Shown: positions 29,193 through 39,859 of the stretch, in pieces | Numbering within the stretch: position 1 is the first letter of the stretch | Layout of the letters: every line of letters starts with the position of its first letter | Virus record (IMG/VR): IMGVR_UViG_3300032304_000672 | Coordinates: 1-64,000 of that record | Source: a virus | DNA: 64,000 bases | Strand: one strand, 5' to 3' | Translations under genes and position numbers: made by a program | The notes under the pieces: generated by a model | Seen by the model: the letters and a program-made list of their open reading frames with translations, nothing else | Told to the model about the DNA's origin: nothing | Database searches by the model: none

Positions 29193-30173
29193 ATGGAAAT
29201 ATCATATTCTACCCCTAGATCTAATCTGACAACTAAAAATGGTTATGGTCACGCTGGATTTAAATTTACAGAAGCACTTACTAGAATGGGTCATAGATTA
29301 ACTTATCAGAACCCAAAGGCTAAACTACAAATTAATTTTTCTCAGCCATCATTATACAAAATGCATAAATATCAATATCAGATTGGATATACTCCATGGG
29401 AGTCAACAGTCGTTCCAGAATCCTGGAGAGAAAAGATAGAGGCATGTGATGAGTTTTGGACAACCTCTCAATGGTGCAAAGATGTATATGAAGATAATGG
29501 ATTTAAGGTTTCTAATGTTTTCCCACACGGGATAGATGCAATTTGGTCTCCAAAGAAACGTGAGAAGACAAATGTAATAAAGTTTCTGCATGTTGGAGAG
29601 CCTTCAGCAAGAAAAGGCGGGCAGGATACAGTTAATGCTTTTATAAAAGCATTTGGCAATAACCCTAATTATACATTAACAATAAAGGCTCATAAGACTA
29701 GCACTTTAAGAGTTTATGATTCAATGGGAACTATTATTGGAGTTCCTCACGAAATGTATAGCAATATAAATCTTGACACAAGAGAACTAGAAGATGATGA
29801 GCTAGTTAAGATGTACCACGACCACGATATTATGATTTATCCTAGTTACGGAGAAGGTTTTGGATTCATTCCTTTCCAAGCACTTGCAACTGGTATGCCA
29901 GTTATATCAACACATGATTGGGCTGACTATAAAAAGTATCTAGGTCCTCTAAAGCTTAACTCTACACTTATAGATTCTCCATGGGAAGTCATGCATCCTG
30001 GAAAAATTTATTTTCCGAACAATGATCATTTAGTTAGTTTGCTTGAAGAAGCAGCCATTAACTTTAAAGCATATTCTGGATACTATTATGCTCAGTCAAC
30101 TGAAATACATAAAGAATATAACTGGGATCAGTTGACCAATAAAGCATTTGAAGAAATATTGAAAAAGCTATAA
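29193..30173 (+). CDS. Glycosyltransferase family 4 (GT-B)
   Basis: HGID, RKG and EGFG...QALATGMPVI motifs. Confidence 0.9.
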   Translation: MEISYSTPRSNLTTKNGYGHAGFKFTEALTRMGHRLTYQNPKAKLQINFSQPSLYKMHKYQYQIGYTPWESTVVPESWREKIEACDEFWTTSQWCKDVYEDNGFKVSNVFPHGIDAIWSPKKREKTNVIKFLHVGEPSARKGGQDTVNAFIKAFGNNPNYTLTIKAHKTSTLRVYDSMGTIIGVPHEMYSNINLDTRELEDDELVKMYHDHDIMIYPSYGEGFGFIPFQALATGMPVISTHDWADYKKYLGPLKLNSTLIDSPWEVMHPGKIYFPNNDHLVSLLEEAAINFKAYSGYYYAQSTEIHKEYNWDQLTNKAFEEILKKL

Positions 30174-30265
30174 AACCTCTTCCCCTTTAGATTAAAGTTT
30201 GGTAGAATTAGATTTCAACTCAAAAATCATATAAACCGCAAGGCGGAGAAAAGGTGTTATTAAAA

Positions 30266-32200
30266 ATGTCAAGAACTATTGAAAACCCGTACGAAAACTT
30301 TATCGCATTATCTAGATATGCAAGATGGATATCTGAAGATAATCGTCGTGAAACATGGGGTGAAACAGTAGATAGATATTTTGACTTTATGCTAAATCAT
30401 CTTTTTCAAAACCATGCATACGAGCCAGATTCTAAGTTGGTTGAAGAACTAAAGGATGCAGTCTATAACCGTAACGTTATGCCATCAATGAGATCTGTAA
30501 TGACTGCAGGAGCTGCATTGGATAGAGATCATGTTGCAGGATACAACTGCTCATTTGTTCCAGTAGATAATCCTCGTTCTTTTGATGAGACTATGTACAT
30601 CCTTATGTGCGGAACAGGTGTTGGTTTCTCTGTTGAGTACAAGTATGTAAATAAACTTCCTTCCGTCCCAGAAACATTTGAGAAGTCAACAACCGTAATT
30701 GTAGTAGAAGACTCTAAGCAAGGCTGGGCAAAAGCTTATCGTGAACTTCTAGCACTTCTTTGGACTGGACAGATTCCAGCAATTGATGTTTCTAAGGTGC
30801 GTCCAGCTGGAGCAAGACTTAAGACTATGGGAGGAAGATCATCTGGGCCACAACCACTTGTAAATCTTTTTGATTTTACTATTGCAAAGTTTAAGAATGC
30901 AGCAGGACGCCAGCTAAAGCCTATTGAAGCGCATGACATTATGTGTAAGATTGGTGAAGTAGTAGTTGTTGGAGGAGTTCGCCGCTCAGCAATGATTTCT
31001 CTTTCTAATATTAACGATATTGAAATGGCATCAGCAAAGTCTGGTAACTGGTGGGAAAACAATACACAACGTGCACTATCAAATAATTCTGTTGCGTACT
31101 CACGCAAGCCAGACATGGAGCAGTTTATTGCAGAATGGAAATCACTGTATGATTCGAAATCAGGAGAACGAGGTATATACAATGTGGCCGCAGCTCAGGC
31201 CCAAGCAGCCAAATACGGTAGAAGAGATCCAGATATTCACTATGGGACTAACCCGTGCTCAGAGATTATCCTACGTCCTTATCAGTTTTGCAACCTTTCA
31301 GAAGTCGTACTACGTGAGCAAGATACAAAAGAGGATATCTCGAATAAAGTACGTCTTGCAACAATACTTGGAACGTGGCAATCAACGCTAACAGATTTTA
31401 AATACCTTCGTAAAATTTGGAAGGACAACACAGAAGAAGAAAGACTGCTTGGTGTTTCATTAACTGGACAATTTGGACATAAGTTTATGTCTGGAAAACA
31501 AGACATTGTTGCTCTAGAAGCTTACCTTATGTCTTTAAGAGAACATGCTCGTGAAATGAATAAAGAAGAGGCTGGAAAAATTGGGATTTCTGAGTCTGCA
31601 GCAATTACTTGCGTAAAGCCTTCAGGTACAGTATCTCAATTGGTCGGGGTGTCTTCAGGAATGCATGCATGGCATTCTCCATATTATATTAGAACAGTTC
31701 GTGGGTCAAAGGGAGATCCAATTTCTGTATTTCTAAAAGAGGTGGGTATTCCAGTAGAAGATGATGTAATGAAGCCAAACGATACCTACGTTTTCTCATT
31801 CCCAGTAAAAGCACCAGAGGGTGCAATTGTAAGAAATGATCTAACAGCTATTGAGCACTTGAATATTTGGTTAGTTTACCAACGTGCATGGTGTGAGCAT
31901 AAACCATCAATTACGGTTTCTGTAAAGGAAGATGAATGGATGGAAGTTGGGGCATGGGTATATAAGCATTTTGATGAGGTATCTGGAATTTCATTCCTTC
32001 CCCACTCAGATCATACATACAAGCAAGCTCCTTATCAGGAAGTTACAAAAGAAGAATATGAAGAGCTTCTTTCAAAGATGCCAAGTAGTATTCGTTGGGA
32101 AGACCTATCTTTTTATGAAACAGAAGACGGAACCTCAACAAACGCTACTCTTGCATGCACATCGGACGGAAATTGCGAGATTGTAGACATTTCCGCATAA
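30266..32200 (+). CDS. nrdJ: Class II adenosylcobalamin-dependent ribonucleotide reductase (monomeric RTPR type)
   Basis: YNCSF, GGVRRSA, TNPCSEI, KPSGT, EHKPS and C-terminal Cys pair. Confidence 0.95.
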   Translation: MSRTIENPYENFIALSRYARWISEDNRRETWGETVDRYFDFMLNHLFQNHAYEPDSKLVEELKDAVYNRNVMPSMRSVMTAGAALDRDHVAGYNCSFVPVDNPRSFDETMYILMCGTGVGFSVEYKYVNKLPSVPETFEKSTTVIVVEDSKQGWAKAYRELLALLWTGQIPAIDVSKVRPAGARLKTMGGRSSGPQPLVNLFDFTIAKFKNAAGRQLKPIEAHDIMCKIGEVVVVGGVRRSAMISLSNINDIEMASAKSGNWWENNTQRALSNNSVAYSRKPDMEQFIAEWKSLYDSKSGERGIYNVAAAQAQAAKYGRRDPDIHYGTNPCSEIILRPYQFCNLSEVVLREQDTKEDISNKVRLATILGTWQSTLTDFKYLRKIWKDNTEEERLLGVSLTGQFGHKFMSGKQDIVALEAYLMSLREHAREMNKEEAGKIGISESAAITCVKPSGTVSQLVGVSSGMHAWHSPYYIRTVRGSKGDPISVFLKEVGIPVEDDVMKPNDTYVFSFPVKAPEGAIVRNDLTAIEHLNIWLVYQRAWCEHKPSITVSVKEDEWMEVGAWVYKHFDEVSGISFLPHSDHTYKQAPYQEVTKEEYEELLSKMPSSIRWEDLSFYETEDGTSTNATLACTSDGNCEIVDISA

Positions 32201-32270
32201 AGGGTATATAATAAATATTGGGGTAAGCCCCAAAATTCCTGGGCACAATGCCCAGAAATAGGAGGATCTA

Positions 32271-32495
32271 ATGAAACAAGATCTAAACAATGATGGAAAG
32301 GTAACTATGCAAGAGAAAATTCTAGCAGCGTTAGCAAGCTATGGTCGTCACTTTTTGGGTGCAGCCATTGCTCTTTACATGACTGGAAATACTGACCCAG
32401 GAGACCTAATCAAGGGTGGTATTGCAGCCATTTTGCCAGTAATTCTTAAAGCGCTTAATACTAATGAGCCAGCTTTTGGATTTACTAAGAAGTAA
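32271..32495 (+). CDS. Putative holin
   Basis: Small 2-TM protein with basic C-terminus. Confidence 0.6.
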   Translation: MKQDLNNDGKVTMQEKILAALASYGRHFLGAAIALYMTGNTDPGDLIKGGIAAILPVILKALNTNEPAFGFTKK

Positions 32496-32569
32496 AAATT
32501 AGTAAGTAGTTAGGACGGCTCCTATGCTAAAATGAGCATAGGAGTTTTCCTATTTAGGAGATTTAGCAA

Positions 32570-33354
32570 ATGGCAGGACAAAAGAATTTCGAAGTAGATC
32601 AAAATACTACTTTTTCATTTATTGTTGAATATAAAGACAATAACGGATTGCCCATTGATTTAACAGGTTCATCAGCAAAGTTGCAAGTTCGTGATACAAA
32701 AGGCGGAAGCAAGTTAGCTTTTACACTAACATCCCCATCAGGCGGAATTACAATAACTCCACTTCTTGGTAAATTGACTATTAAGATGACCCCTACACAA
32801 ACCAGTAAGTTATTCTATCCAAAGTCATCTTATGACATAATGATAACTGACTCAAATACAAATAAAATTAAATTGCTAGAAGGATTTTTAACTCTTAGCA
32901 GATCGGTGACAATCTAATGGCAGAGACAGTAATAGTAACGGAAGTTGTAAATGATGTAATTGTTTCAACCCCAGGACCACAAGGCCCTAGAGGTAAATCA
33001 ATATTAAATGGTAACGGAGTTCCTGCAGATAACCTAGGACTTGAAGGAGACTTCTACTATGACAAAGCCACAACAAGATTCTATGGGCCAAAGCCAACAG
33101 ATCTGACATGGGCTGGAGCAACAAATTACCTTCTAAGCACAAGCACACTTACATACCCATTCTCAATTGGGCAGGTTCTAAATCAAGGATCCTACTGGTC
33201 GCTTGAAATAACCCATAATATGGGATATAACCCAAATGTAACTGTTAAGAATAGCGCAGGCGATATATTAGAAACTGGAATAGACTATAATAGTATTAAC
33301 AAGATAACACTGACAATGGCTCAACCATTCGGTGGGATAGCGTACCTATCCTAA
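32570..33354 (+). CDS. Two virion structural proteins (32570-32917 Ig-like/BppU-like; 32917-33354 with GPQGPRG and GDFYYD motifs)
   Basis: Motifs typical of minor tail proteins. Confidence 0.7.
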
Positions 33355-33367
33355 AGGAGAATAGAAT

Positions 33368-34570
33368 ATGGCAAGATTATTTGTAACTGATATCAATCTT
33401 AACAAGAATGAACTTCAGAACGCAAGAATTCAGGGATTAGCTTCAGCTCCATCAGCCCCTGTAACTGGACAGATTTATTATGACACATCGAATAACACGA
33501 TGTACTACTACAATGGACTAGCATCACCAAACGGTCCATGGGTAGCAATGAATGCTTCTCAAGAAGTAATTCAAGATGTAATTGGTGCTTCTGTATCAGG
33601 CGGAACAGGATTAACAGCAACATATGTTGATTCAACAGGAGTCACAACACTAGATTTAGATAACACAACAGTAACTGCAGGATCTTATGGTTCCTCAACA
33701 GCAATTCCTATCTTTACAGTAGATGCTCAAGGTCGTTTGACTGCAGCATCAACTGCAACAGTAGCAACAAATCTTTCAATTGCTGCAGATACGGGAACAG
33801 CTGACACAGTAAGTCTTTTAACAGACACATTTACAATTAGCGGTGGCGAAGGAATTGACACTGCAGTAACAAACAATACAATTACAATATCTGGAGAAGA
33901 TGCAACTACCACTAATAAGGGTATTGCTTCATTTGCAGATGCAGACTTTACAGTAACAACTGGCGCAGTAACAATCAAGAATGTTAACCTTGCTACACAG
34001 ACAACTGGAAACTATATTGCAACTATTGCTGGAACAGCAAATGAAGTTGAAGTTTCAGGTTCAGGTTCAGAAAACTCTGCAGTAACAATTGGTCTTCCAA
34101 ATGACGTAACAATCACTAATAACCTTACAGTTGGCGGTAACTTAAACGTAACTGGAACAATCAACTCAGTAAACACCACTCAGGTAAATATTGTTGATAA
34201 CAAGATCAATCTTAATACCGACTTTACAGGAGATCCAACAGCTGATGCTGGTATCCGTGTAGAGCGTGGAAATGCCGCAGATGTTGAAATTCTTTGGAAT
34301 GAAACAAACGACAACTGGACCCTTACAAATAACGGTACAAATTATCACGCAATTACACGCAAGTTTACCTCAACAGTTGGTAATGGAACCCTAACACAGA
34401 TTCCAGTAACTCACAATTTAGGATCTAGAGAAGTAGTTGTAAATGTTTACGATTCAGCAACATATGACACCGTAGAGTGTGATGTTGTTAGAACTTCAAC
34501 AACTGTTGTAACACTAGGATTCACAGTAGCACCAGCTTCTGGAGCATATACGGTAGTAATCGTAGGATAA
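33368..34570 (+). CDS. Tail fibre-like protein
   Basis: Thr-rich; VDAQGRLT and KGIASF fibre motifs. Confidence 0.75.
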   Translation: MARLFVTDINLNKNELQNARIQGLASAPSAPVTGQIYYDTSNNTMYYYNGLASPNGPWVAMNASQEVIQDVIGASVSGGTGLTATYVDSTGVTTLDLDNTTVTAGSYGSSTAIPIFTVDAQGRLTAASTATVATNLSIAADTGTADTVSLLTDTFTISGGEGIDTAVTNNTITISGEDATTTNKGIASFADADFTVTTGAVTIKNVNLATQTTGNYIATIAGTANEVEVSGSGSENSAVTIGLPNDVTITNNLTVGGNLNVTGTINSVNTTQVNIVDNKINLNTDFTGDPTADAGIRVERGNAADVEILWNETNDNWTLTNNGTNYHAITRKFTSTVGNGTLTQIPVTHNLGSREVVVNVYDSATYDTVECDVVRTSTTVVTLGFTVAPASGAYTVVIVG

Positions 34571-34581
34571 GGGGACATTAA

Positions 34582-34836
34582 ATGTCTGTAAAAAGATTAG
34601 TCCCTTTACATGCAGTAGCACTTGCCACAGATCCTTCTGGAGCCCGCATTGGAGATATTTATTACAATACGGAAGATGAAGAATTAAGATTCTATGACGG
34701 TACCGATTGGAATCCAATTGGCGCAGGAGCAGTTACAGGACTACTAGATCATATTCACACATATGATGGCGATGTATTTTCCGTAGAAGCAACAGAAGTT
34801 CCAGCAGCTGGAACAGTTGACGGCGGAACAGCATAA
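34582..34836 (+). CDS. Small virion protein
   Basis: GDIYYNT...FYDG..W motif. Confidence 0.65.
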   Translation: MSVKRLVPLHAVALATDPSGARIGDIYYNTEDEELRFYDGTDWNPIGAGAVTGLLDHIHTYDGDVFSVEATEVPAAGTVDGGTA

Positions 34837-36383
34837 TGCCAGTTATAAAAATAAGAAGAGGCACAACTACTCAGTGGAATGCATCTACTAGAGTTTTGCA
34901 AGTTGGCGAACTTGGAATAGATACAACTTTAAATAGAATAAAGGCAGGAAACGGAACTAACGTTTGGTCAGCCCTTCCGTATTTATCTTTATCTTCTACA
35001 GAAATAGAAGAGTTATCTCAAGATGCAGTTTCAACCGCTTTAGCGGCTGGCACACATTCAAATATAACCGTTACATATAGCGATAACGGTAATTCAATAA
35101 GTTTAGCAACTGGCCCAGATGTTATAACACAGACCAGCCTATCAAATACTTTAACAAATCCAACTACTGGCTACGTATCAATTGGAGATGTTGGAGTTGC
35201 AGATGGAGTGGCTTCATTAGGTTCAAATGGCAAGATTCCAGATTCAGAAATTCCAGCAGGTATTGCAAGATTATCTTCCCCTACATTTACAGGTACAGTT
35301 GCTGGTATAACAAAAACTATGGTTGGTCTTGGAAATGTTGATAATACTACAGATGCAAATAAACCAGTTTCAACTGCTACACAGACAGCCCTTGATTTAA
35401 AAGCACCATTATCTTCTCCAGCACTTACTGGAACTCCAACTGCACCATTAGCGGTAACTGGAACAAATACAACTCAAATTGCAACAACAAGCTTTGTCCA
35501 ACAAGAGCTCAGTATTTTAACAACTGGTGCTCCAGCAGCACTCAACACCCTTGATGAACTGGCAGCAGCTCTTGGCGATGATGCCAACTACGCAGCTACA
35601 ATTACGACAGCTCTTGGCAATAAAGCCCCAATTGCAAATCCAACATTTACTGGAACCGTAGGCGGAATTACAAAGTCAATGGTAGGACTTGATAATGTTG
35701 ACAATACAACTGATGCAAATAAGCCAGTTTCTACAGCAACTCAAACAGCATTAGATTTAAAATTAAATTTATCAGATCCTTCGGTTGACTATTATATTAC
35801 AAACTCTGGAACAGGATACTATATAATAAATGGAGTAGCTAGTTCACTTATTACATTTGAAAAAGGAAAAAAATATAGAATTCACATCAATGCCGCAGGC
35901 CACCCATTTTGGATTCAAACAGTTCCTGGAGCCTATAGCTCAGGTAACGTATATTCTACTGGAATAACAAATGGTGGTGCACAGGTAGGTCATATACTAG
36001 TAGAGCTTCCTCAAGATGCACCAGATAACCTTTACTATGCCTGCCAGTTCCATTCATCTATGAGCGGACCAATTTCTGTGCAGTCTGATGATGCAATAAC
36101 AATAAATTCTAAAGCAGGCAACTATACTATACTTCCAATAGATTCGGGAAGACTTATTGAGATAGCTGGAGCTGGAACTGTTACGATAACAGATTCTGCT
36201 TCTTTCCCAGTAGGATTCTCTGTAGATGTATTAAGAACAGGCGATGGTGCTGTATCTATTGCAGGAAATGGTTTTACTCCAAATGCTACCCCTGGATTAA
36301 CTCTACGTACAAAATGGAGTAGCGCAACACTATTAAAGAGGGCGTTAAATAGCTGGGTTGTCCTCGGAGACTTGTCGGCATAA
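34836..36383 (+). CDS. Tail fibre protein with Mtd-N-like N-terminus
   Basis: IKIRRGT..W...GELG.DT; duplicated GL.NVDNTTDANKPVSTATQTALD; LYYACQFH cupredoxin-like segment. Confidence 0.8.
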   Translation: MPVIKIRRGTTTQWNASTRVLQVGELGIDTTLNRIKAGNGTNVWSALPYLSLSSTEIEELSQDAVSTALAAGTHSNITVTYSDNGNSISLATGPDVITQTSLSNTLTNPTTGYVSIGDVGVADGVASLGSNGKIPDSEIPAGIARLSSPTFTGTVAGITKTMVGLGNVDNTTDANKPVSTATQTALDLKAPLSSPALTGTPTAPLAVTGTNTTQIATTSFVQQELSILTTGAPAALNTLDELAAALGDDANYAATITTALGNKAPIANPTFTGTVGGITKSMVGLDNVDNTTDANKPVSTATQTALDLKLNLSDPSVDYYITNSGTGYYIINGVASSLITFEKGKKYRIHINAAGHPFWIQTVPGAYSSGNVYSTGITNGGAQVGHILVELPQDAPDNLYYACQFHSSMSGPISVQSDDAITINSKAGNYTILPIDSGRLIEIAGAGTVTITDSASFPVGFSVDVLRTGDGAVSIAGNGFTPNATPGLTLRTKWSSATLLKRALNSWVVLGDLSA

Positions 36384-36386
36384 CAA

Positions 36387-37004
36387 ATGGCAAAAGAAGA
36401 TATTACCGTAGTCTATGACTTTATATCAGAAGAAGAGTGCCAAACTCTTTTAGAGTATGAAAAATATTTAACAGAAAATGATTTATGGGATAAAAGCGAT
36501 ATTATAAGCGATCCAAATCAACACTGGTCAAAAAGATTTTTAGGCGCAGCAAATATGGTAGTAAAAGAAAAAGGATTTGGAAATCCAAAAGATCTTGAAA
36601 TAATGAACTTGTGTATAGATATTAGAAAAAGAATTACGCAGCAGATAACCTCTTCTTGGGGATTAAAAGAAAGCATTTATGCTGACTCTCTTAACTTAAT
36701 AAGATGGCCTCTAGGAGAAGAACAGCCACCTCATTCAGATTATGAAAATTTTGGCAGAGAGCCACACGTTTGGAACTGGAGAGATATAGGCGTTGTATTA
36801 TATCTAAATGACGATTTTGTAGGGGGACAAATATACTTCCCTCAGCATGATCACGAGATACAAATCAAAGAAAGAATGCTTGCATTTTTTCCAGGAGATA
36901 AGCACCACGTGCATGGAGTAAAGAAAATAGAAGAAGGGTGTAGGTATACAGTTAATATGTTCTACACTTATTTTGAATCTCATAAGGATAGGTTGCCACA
37001 ATGA
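36387..37004 (+). CDS. 2OG-Fe(II) oxygenase (prolyl-4-hydroxylase-like)
   Basis: HSD, LYLNDDF.GG, HGV and RY motifs. Confidence 0.9.
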   Translation: MAKEDITVVYDFISEEECQTLLEYEKYLTENDLWDKSDIISDPNQHWSKRFLGAANMVVKEKGFGNPKDLEIMNLCIDIRKRITQQITSSWGLKESIYADSLNLIRWPLGEEQPPHSDYENFGREPHVWNWRDIGVVLYLNDDFVGGQIYFPQHDHEIQIKERMLAFFPGDKHHVHGVKKIEEGCRYTVNMFYTYFESHKDRLPQ

Positions 37005-37393
37005 ACGATCCCTCATTAGTTAGATGGCAAAAAGAGAATATATTTCAATTTCCTCAAACGCACCTATTACTAGAAACAATTAAAACAGCGGCTGGTAAAT
37101 ATCAAACTGCAATATTTGAATGTGACGAAATTGGAAGGCTTAGACACGTAGGCATACAGTATTCAGATTATTATAAAGATGAAAACGAAGCTATCTTAAA
37201 CCATGAAAGAATAATATCTGAATTCAAAAAAATACAGGAAGATACAGAAATTTCATCTATAAGAGATGTTTATTTAAAGATAGATTCTCTAGGAATAATT
37301 CCTCCACATGAAGGCCCAAAGTTTTTCTCGTTTGTTCCTGTTCGTGGCGGTAATGCGGCAATAGGATTTAGAGAGCCTGTGCATCGTGGCTAG
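37001..37393 (+). CDS. Hypothetical protein
   Basis: Coupled ORF. Confidence 0.65.
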   Translation: MNDPSLVRWQKENIFQFPQTHLLLETIKTAAGKYQTAIFECDEIGRLRHVGIQYSDYYKDENEAILNHERIISEFKKIQEDTEISSIRDVYLKIDSLGIIPPHEGPKFFSFVPVRGGNAAIGFREPVHRG

Positions 37394-37922
37394 ATTTAAA
37401 AAAAAATTAAGTAGAGTTAAAAGCTCTCGGTCAGGTCCTAGAAAAGTAGTTGTTCCAAATCTTTCAGGACTTTCTAGATCGGCAGCTCAAAATTCATTAA
37501 CAAGCCTTGGATTAGTATATTCAGAATCATCTACAACAACATCAGTTTCGGGAGAAGATAATACTATTTCTTCTCAGGGTGTTGCTGCTTCTTCAACTGT
37601 AAATATTGGTTCAACTATTAGCTTTGTATATCGGTCTTATGTTGCTCCATATAGCAACCCTCCACCATACGATAATACTTATTATAATCCTTATAGCAAT
37701 CCACCTCCGTATGATAATACATACAGCAATCCTCCACCTTATAGCAATACCTATAGTAACCCACCAGCATCAGATTGTGAAGATGATGATGCAGGATTCT
37801 GTAGTGGATGTGCTTTTTACCAGTATCAAACTAGCCCTAGTGGACAATTCTCATGCTCTCCAAGACTTCTATGCGCTAATGGATGCTGGTACAACTGCGG
37901 AACGGCCTATTCAGGCTGTTAA
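37386..37922 (+). CDS. PASTA-domain protein with YSNPPPY repeats and Cys-rich tail
   Basis: VVPNLSGLS...A...L...GL...SQ...GSTI PASTA pattern. Confidence 0.8.
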   Translation: MARFKKKLSRVKSSRSGPRKVVVPNLSGLSRSAAQNSLTSLGLVYSESSTTTSVSGEDNTISSQGVAASSTVNIGSTISFVYRSYVAPYSNPPPYDNTYYNPYSNPPPYDNTYSNPPPYSNTYSNPPASDCEDDDAGFCSGCAFYQYQTSPSGQFSCSPRLLCANGCWYNCGTAYSGC

Positions 37923-37955
37923 CAATATGATATACTTTTATAAAGGAGATAAATT

Positions 37956-38577
37956 ATGGCTACTCAAGTAAGAATATTAGTGGGAGAAGACTATGTGGGT
38001 GATTTTTATATTAAAGAAAATTCAAGAGAGTATTGGCAAAAATATGTAAACGCTGCCAAAGAAAACCCTATTGTAGTTTTAATTGACAAGGATAGTCAGA
38101 CTATTCCTGTGGAGGGCATGATTTATCAAAATGGAAGTTTTATAAGCTCTGAACTTAATGAAAGCTTTATAGCAAACAATATAGCAGTAGACTTTCAAAG
38201 ATTTGCCCTTGTTGTAAATAATATCTACGCTGCAAGCCATGATGTGTCTATATCATCTATGCAAAATGTTATAGCAGCTTATCAAAGTAGCCCAACTTTT
38301 GTTGTAAATACAGTAGAAATTACCCCAGAGGGATTCCATGAGTGATAGCCTAAGCCCATGGCAAAGATATAAACAGAACCTGGGAGAGGTAAGGCCGTGG
38401 GATCTTTTAAACCCAAACTCAGAATGGGCTTCTGAAGAAAAAGCAGATAATAGATATAGCACCTGCTTGTCTTGCCCAGAACTCATTGATTTAACAAAAA
38501 CCTGCAAAAAATGTGGATGCTTTATGGCAGCAAAAGTAAAGCTTGAAAAGGCCACATGCCCAATAGGTAAGTGGTAA
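37956..38577 (+). CDS. Two hypothetical genes (37956-38345; 38338-38577 Cys-rich)
   Basis: CxxC..CxxCGC..CPIGKW in the second gene. Confidence 0.7.
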
Positions 38578-38622
38578 TTACTAATAGATATTGATGTATA
38601 ATTAGGGAAGAGGTATACGTAA

Positions 38623-39363
38623 ATGGCAACAAATTTCCCAACTAGTTTGGATAGCTTGACCAATCCGCAAGGAACTGATTCCGTAGCGGCAGTTCCTCAT
38701 GCCGCCCAACACGCAAATGCAAATGATGCAATCGAAGCCCTTGAAGCCAAGGTCGGTGCCAATAATTCTGCTGTCACAACATCATTAGACTATAGAGTTC
38801 GGACACTAGAAAATGCTTCGGTAGATACAGAAGCAATTCAAGATATCGTCGGCGGAATGGTATCCTCTAATACCGAAACAGATATAACAGTTGAATATAA
38901 TGACACTACGGGCAAGCTGAACTTTGCCGCAGGAGCAAATCTTGTAACAACAACATCTCTTACAAATACCCTAACTAATCCAACAACTGGATATGTTCCA
39001 GTTGGAGACCTGGCTCAATCAGATGGAGTGGCTACTCTTGGTCCAGATGGATTTGTTCCAGCCTCTCAATTAAATCTAGATGAAAAAATTCAAGATGTAG
39101 CAGCTCTTATGTTTACATCTGCAACACATAGTAATATAACAGTTGCATATGATGACAATACTGGAAGATTAGCTCTTACTGGAATCCCGCTCACACAAGA
39201 GCAGGTACAAGATTTTATAGCGCCACTTTTTGCTCACGCATTTCACACAAATGTTACAGCAACATATGATGATACAAATAATAGAGTAGTTCTTGAAGGT
39301 TCAGGCGGGGGAGGATCAGGAACAGGCGGAAGCCTAACAAACTCCTGGTTCCTAGGAGCATAA
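38623..39363 (+). CDS. Virion/tail-associated protein
   Basis: Shares SLxNTLTNPTTGYV and ITV.Y.D repeats with 34836-36383. Confidence 0.7.
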   Translation: MATNFPTSLDSLTNPQGTDSVAAVPHAAQHANANDAIEALEAKVGANNSAVTTSLDYRVRTLENASVDTEAIQDIVGGMVSSNTETDITVEYNDTTGKLNFAAGANLVTTTSLTNTLTNPTTGYVPVGDLAQSDGVATLGPDGFVPASQLNLDEKIQDVAALMFTSATHSNITVAYDDNTGRLALTGIPLTQEQVQDFIAPLFAHAFHTNVTATYDDTNNRVVLEGSGGGGSGTGGSLTNSWFLGA

Positions 39364-39364
39364 T

Positions 39365-39823
39365 ATGGCAGTCAGACGTTTAGGCATATCTAATCCAACA
39401 CTTAATACAGATGCTTCTGTATTTACTGCAGTATCTGCCACGTACCTTTGCTCAGTAATTGTTACAAATAAAGATTCTGTCGAAAAGACAGCTAGAGTTT
39501 GGGTAGTACCTTCGGGCGCCACCCTCGCATCTCAATATGGCTATATTGTTTACGATGTTGTAGTTCCTGCAGGGAACTCGATTGAAACTCACAGATTTGC
39601 AATTTCGGACGGGGATGCAGTATGGGTAAGAGGAAATAGCTCAAACCTATCATTCTCTCTTAACGGTATATATGATTCGTCGGCTTCAATAGATGATCAT
39701 ATTATTGATACTACAGGTGTCCATGGAATTGCAGATACATCACAATTAGCCACACTTACTACAACAAATTCCCTAAATACCCGCCTTATCTCAATTGAGC
39801 TAGGCCTAGGGATATTTGATTAA
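39365..39823 (+). CDS. Small beta-sandwich virion protein (paralog of 43979, 44372 and 50249)
   Basis: SVI.TNK...RVWVVP...GD.V.VR pattern. Confidence 0.7.
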   Translation: MAVRRLGISNPTLNTDASVFTAVSATYLCSVIVTNKDSVEKTARVWVVPSGATLASQYGYIVYDVVVPAGNSIETHRFAISDGDAVWVRGNSSNLSFSLNGIYDSSASIDDHIIDTTGVHGIADTSQLATLTTTNSLNTRLISIELGLGIFD

Positions 39824-39859
39824 AACTTACAGAATGCTATAATACATTAGGAGAAAAAA

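Noticed and set aside
30266-32200. Intein or intron in the RNR, or a cobalamin riboswitch upstream
   Set aside because: Normal length and continuous motifs; the leader is short.
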